A DNA stretch of 64,000 nucleotides, taken from contig BROI01000011.1 of assembly GCA_027923505.1 (NCBI GenBank), positions 620,001 to 684,000 of the forward strand, read 5' to 3'. Origin of the DNA: Mayamaea pseudoterrestris (lineage: Eukaryota). The notes below the pieces were generated by a model. That model had not been told where the DNA came from, searched no databases, and saw only the letters and a list, made by a program, of their open reading frames with translations. Shown here in pieces: positions 59,605-64,000 of this stretch (position 1 is its first letter; each line of letters starts with the position of its first letter). Position numbers and translations under genes: made by a program.

Positions 59605-59976
59605 GATTCGCACTCGACGAGAGAGAATCTATCTCCAACGTTGCTTTGTTTGGGCTCTATGCTAAAGTGCGACCAAGTCTTGAGTGTCAAACCCAGGATA
59701 TAGAGACGGAATGTTGATGATCCCATCGTCACGACGAGCAGATCTGATTTTCGTCGGCAAACTGACGCACCCCAATTAGAACCGGTGCGATGTTCAGCTG
59801 CGGTATTAACCTGCTTCTTCAAAGCAGTTGGCGATGGCCAAAAAAGGCAGACCCCATTCCTGTTTCAAAACTATTTCAACTTATATTGGAGCTCAAAGCT
59901 ATCATAATATAAAAAAACCTTATTAATATGCATATTATGCGACGTTCAGCGAGGCAAGGTCCGAAGCGAGAGACTC

Positions 59977-60579
59977 TCATGCTTGCCGACGTCTCTTGGG
60001 ATTGGGAACAAACTGGACCTCTTCGTTATCGCTATCATCATCGTCTGCAATATCAATCATTTCAATTGGCTTGCGTTGAGTGTCTTCAATGACTTCAATA
60101 TCGCTATCGTCGTCGTCATCATCATCATCGTCGCTTGAAGGCGGCGCCGACGCAGCAGCTTGGGCCGCAACCTTCATATGCTGTACCTCGTCATTCCCTT
60201 CTTCCTCTTGCTGCTGCTGATTATTCCGAGGAATTGCCATGAAATGAATGACATTGACTCCATGTTGGTGTCCCAAGAGCTTTTCCAACGACCGATTCGA
60301 TTTCAGCTCGCGACCCAGGTAAAAGATGCGCTGGTCAGCTGCTGGAACGCAACCCAATTTTTTCGATACTGCAATTGCGTCTTTCAAATCGGACAGAGTT
60401 TGTAACAGACTCATGGTTATCTTGGTGTATAATGATATAAAGAAAATGAGTGAAACGAATGTTTATGTAAGATCCATGCAGGCGTCATGGAGCGCACAAA
60501 ACCCTTGCCCACTCACCTCATCTCGCTCTCCGGTAGAACGATAGACTTGTAGCTTCAATGAATCATCATTGTCGCTCAT
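59977..60579 (-). CDS. Ubiquitin-like domain protein with acidic tail and C-terminal NLS; intron 60421-60516
   Basis: TLSDLKDAI...DQRIFYLGRELK...L..L....IH ubiquitin-like signature; PKRRR terminus; a GTGAGT..AAG intron links the upstream ATG exon in frame. Confidence 0.78.
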
Positions 60580-61015
60580 ATTGGCTTTAAAGCTTTGTGT
60601 AAGCGCGGGAAAACTGAATCAATCTAGTAAATGATTGGATTGACTCTCGATAACGCAAGACGCAATCTACGCGCGAGCAAAGATATCAATTCGCGAACTC
60701 TAGAAATCAGAAAAATCCCTTGCAGAAAGAGACTAGTAGATGATCAATTCTCGACTTGATTTGCTTCGATGACAGCTCCGCGCCCAAAGGGTGTCGTCCT
60801 GTTTGATCGTGGTGATTCGATTTCCTGCGCGAATGTCGCCAGGAAAAAGGTCAACCGGGCCGAAGGAAACTGGTTCTGAGCGCGACAGGCTGGCGCGCAT
60901 GTCGGTTTCGCCGTCCGACCATGGCAGTCGTCGAATTTGCCATTTGACGAGATTCTTTTGGCATTGCTACCGTGCATACCATATATCATTTGCCATTCGC
61001 TGAAGAAGTTACGGA

Positions 61016-63369
61016 ATGTCGCGCAACAATAAGCTCAATCGAAATGCCGCAGCTGCAGGTCGCCTGCCTCCTTCACACCCACTCGAGCATTACGAGGAGC
61101 ACCGAGCCTTCTTGATCCGGTCGCTGGAGCGCAATGACAAGGAGATTGCAGCTCTTGTTGATCTCACGCGATCGATTCGATCTGCAAAGAAAGAAATAAT
61201 TGAGGAATGTGGAGAATTAACTTTGCTGGATTTGGGGAGTGGAAAGATTCGTCTCGCATTAAATGGAAAAGATCTCACAATGGTGGACGATGAGATGCAA
61301 GGCGCAGTGACGAACAAGGTGTCTCCCGAGAAGTCAACGCTTCCACTGAACGACCGCGCCCAAGAACTCTGCGTCGACTTTTTACTGCGGCTGAAACTTC
61401 GCCGCAAGCTTCTCAGTCGGTTGTTTCGCCGTGTCAATCGAGTAGCGCATGCCATGGATGGAATTGATGTTAGTCCTCCAGTGCCACCACGCTACGGAGA
61501 CTTGCGTCTTCACATTGAACCCAGCCAAGTGGAAGCCTACCATGAGCATTGGAAGCGGCAACAAGCAGCGATCAAAATGATGGAGGCATTGAAGGAACAG
61601 TCACCAAATACTGCAGTCGTCGCCACTGACGATGATATCGCAAGTACGTTTTCTTCCATTGACGATAACGAAGCTGCCGGCGACGCTGGAACTACGAAAG
61701 AGACCAACAGCACTGTCGAACAGCCAAAGACAGCATCTGCGACGCTGGAGGAAAAGAGTCGAGCTTTTGGTTATGGAGCGCTCGTTTCGTTTGACGACGA
61801 ATACGAGAAGATTGTCAATCCAGAAACCGGCGACATTCGTTACGCCATTCTTGATCGAACTCACGAAGAAGACTATATCAAAATCAAGTCTACATCAGGT
61901 ATAGGAGCTACGCATCATGGTATGTCGGCAAAGGATAAGGAGACGGAATTTGTACGTTGGCAGACTGCAATTTTAAATCGCATTCCCGAGCAACCAACCT
62001 ATGCTGACTTGGGACTTGAGCATCGCGTCTTTTTTCTAGAAAAGCGCCGCAAGCGAGCATTGGAGGCAGCCAAGGAATCTCCTTCCAATAAGCGATCGTT
62101 TGCAGATGACAATGATGAGCGACCGGAAAAGGGTAGAGGCGGCAAGTCATTGCGCAAGCTGCAGGAGGAGAAGGATATTAAGGAAGGTAAAAAGCATGGC
62201 AACGACAAGAGTGACACGGATGTGAAGCAAGAAGTTCACGAAGGAGACCAAGGCACGGTTGAAATGGATGAGAAGGAACTCGCCTCTGAGACGGAAGAGG
62301 CGGTCGAGGATGCAACAGACAAAGGAAGGGACGCTAACAAAACAGTGCCTGCATCTGCTGAAGAGGAAAAGAAAAGTGCCGAGGAAGTAGTTGACAATAC
62401 GGAGGCGGTTGTTAAGCGAACAAATCCGATTTCGCTTCAGCCTGTTCCGTCTTTTTACGACCAAGACTTGAAGCGCATTCGAACGGTTCATCGCGAGCTC
62501 TTGGCATCATCGATCCTATCGCATTCCCGCCAACGACTTGAATTGGTCATTCGAGACTACAATCAAGGTACGTGTTACATCAATACTGTTTCTCATTAAA
62601 TTTGATACGCACTGATGGTGTTTTTTGTTGCAACGTAGCGCTTCGTTTATCGCAAGACGCTGGGCGTCGCCGTCAGCAGGCTGACTCCAAGCTTCAGCAA
62701 ATTTCCTTTGAAATTAAGCGAGAGCAAGCTGAGTACGATGTAAAGTTATCAGCAGCACACGGAGAGTGGATGAAACGACTCAATACTTTTAACAATGAGA
62801 AATTGAATAAGGCATTCAAGTCTCGTTGGAACCAGCAGCCGCAAGGAACAGTTTACACCAGTCACTATGGAACGCGTCCTGAACCCATTCGAAAGGAAGT
62901 TGCACTTTGCGCCGCCGACCTTGTTGACGCTGTCGAGCGGATTGTTGACGGGCAGCTGGTTAATCCCGTGTTCAATGAGCGGTTTATGCCGCCTCCTAAT
63001 ACCTCGCGACTGAATGAGGTAGATGCAGCAACTGGTCAAGTTGTGGCACCACAGAAACAGCGAATTCAATCACATTACAGGAAAGAATCAGATGCGTTGG
63101 CTCAGCAGTTCCGTCAGTGCGAGGAAGAGCGCCAGCGTGCGTGGCGTCGAATGCTCAAGGTCAAATCGGAGCTAAACGTTCCGCAGCTCATCGTATCTGG
63201 CCATCGTCCGGTGCAGATGCCGGTCACTGATAGCAACTATCACATTATTGCCATGCCGAACGTTGCTGTTGCCGGTATGGAAGTTATTCCTCGGGAACTG
63301 GATGCGACTCGAGCGGTGGTTTCTAGCTACGTTCCTATGCGCCATACGCGCGGGCTCGAGCAAAGTTAA
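61016..63369 (+). CDS. Hypothetical charged/coiled-coil protein; intron 62568-62638
   Basis: Two long ORFs joined in frame by a GTACGT...CGTAG intron. Confidence 0.72.
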
Positions 63370-63432
63370 ATAAGAGGATACGATTGCTCATGATATTTAG
63401 ACTTTGTCGTATCGTCGTCATAATAACTCTCG

Positions 63433-64000
63433 TTAAAGCCGCGACATTGGTGCCTGAGTCCTGGAAGCTGCTTCTACTCGACGCGACAATTCCGCAACCA
63501 TCTCCTTTGGGACCCACGGTTCCCGATGAAGTCTCTCTCCTCCATCGACAACGAGCACAGCTCCAGTTACATAGCGTGCTGTACAAAGATACACAGCGGC
63601 GAATGCAATCTCGGTCGTTTCTCCCATGCGGCCCAAAGGAATTCTGTCTCTGAGCTGACTCGATGAGTCGTCTTCCGTCGGAGCCAATTTAGACGTTCCA
63701 GGAGTATTTGCGATAGGCCCCGGTGCAATCCCAACAACTCTAATCTTGTCAGGTCCCCATTCAATCGCAAGGCTTCTGGTCAGACTGTCGACAGCCGCTT
63801 TGGCAGCGCTTGCATGCGCTTGCCAATAGGTGGCGCCATGATGCAAGGTTGCCGAAATGTTGATTACCACACCTCCATTGCTTTCCTTCAGCAAACAAAA
63901 TGCAGCACGCGACATGTTAAAGGTTCCAAGAGCATCGATGGCCATAACTGTCGCAAAGCCTCGCGGAGAGATGTCTTGGGCGGCAGCAAGAAAGTTTCCT
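63433..64000 (-). CDS. DECR2: Peroxisomal 2,4-dienoyl-CoA reductase (SDR), 5' part outside the window
   Basis: GNFLAA, IDALGTFN, INISATLH, QAHASAAKAAVD, AIEWGP, IPLGRMG, VVDGG; C-terminal SRL. Confidence 0.9.
   Translation of the reverse strand, partial: GNFLAAAQDISPRGFATVMAIDALGTFNMSRAAFCLLKESNGGVVINISATLHHGATYWQAHASAAKAAVDSLTRSLAIEWGPDKIRVVGIAPGPIANTPGTSKLAPTEDDSSSQLRDRIPLGRMGETTEIAFAAVYLCTARYVTGAVLVVDGGERLHREPWVPKEMVAELSRRVEAASRTQAPMSRL

Noticed and set aside
26995..64000. A lipid or peroxisome gene cluster (ABHD-SRL, MAG lipase, DECR-SRL)
   Set aside because: The genes are tens of kb apart and interspersed with unrelated housekeeping genes, so there is no evidence of functional clustering.

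Overview
This is compact eukaryotic nuclear DNA, most likely from a diatom. The evidence is short GT-AG introns, bipartite plastid presequences (ASAF/AAF-like), helicase-associated-domain and fibrillin proteins, and a Ty1/copia element. The window opens with a frameshifted copia RT-RNaseH-PPT-LTR fragment joined directly to the 3' end of a CCCH/F-box host gene. About 26 protein-coding genes follow, including a P5-type PDI with a 1-nt frameshift, a DGQHR/ParB-like protein, a rhamnose mutarotase, NDH-2, a polyamine/amino-acid transporter, SSRP1 with two HMG boxes, SAM-kinesin-13, SGT1, WW-PP2C and a peroxisomal DECR. Two things stand out. First, an ~11.7 kb head-to-tail array of about 70 copies of a 169-bp palindrome-rich monomer, with a homogeneous core, older flanks that share variants, and an inverted copy at the left border. 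Second, a selenoprotein that the ORF track splits in two: an in-frame UGA in a UxxC redoxin motif, with a SECIS-like hairpin in the 3' UTR and a probable plastid presequence. All product calls come from motif recognition by eye; no searches were run.
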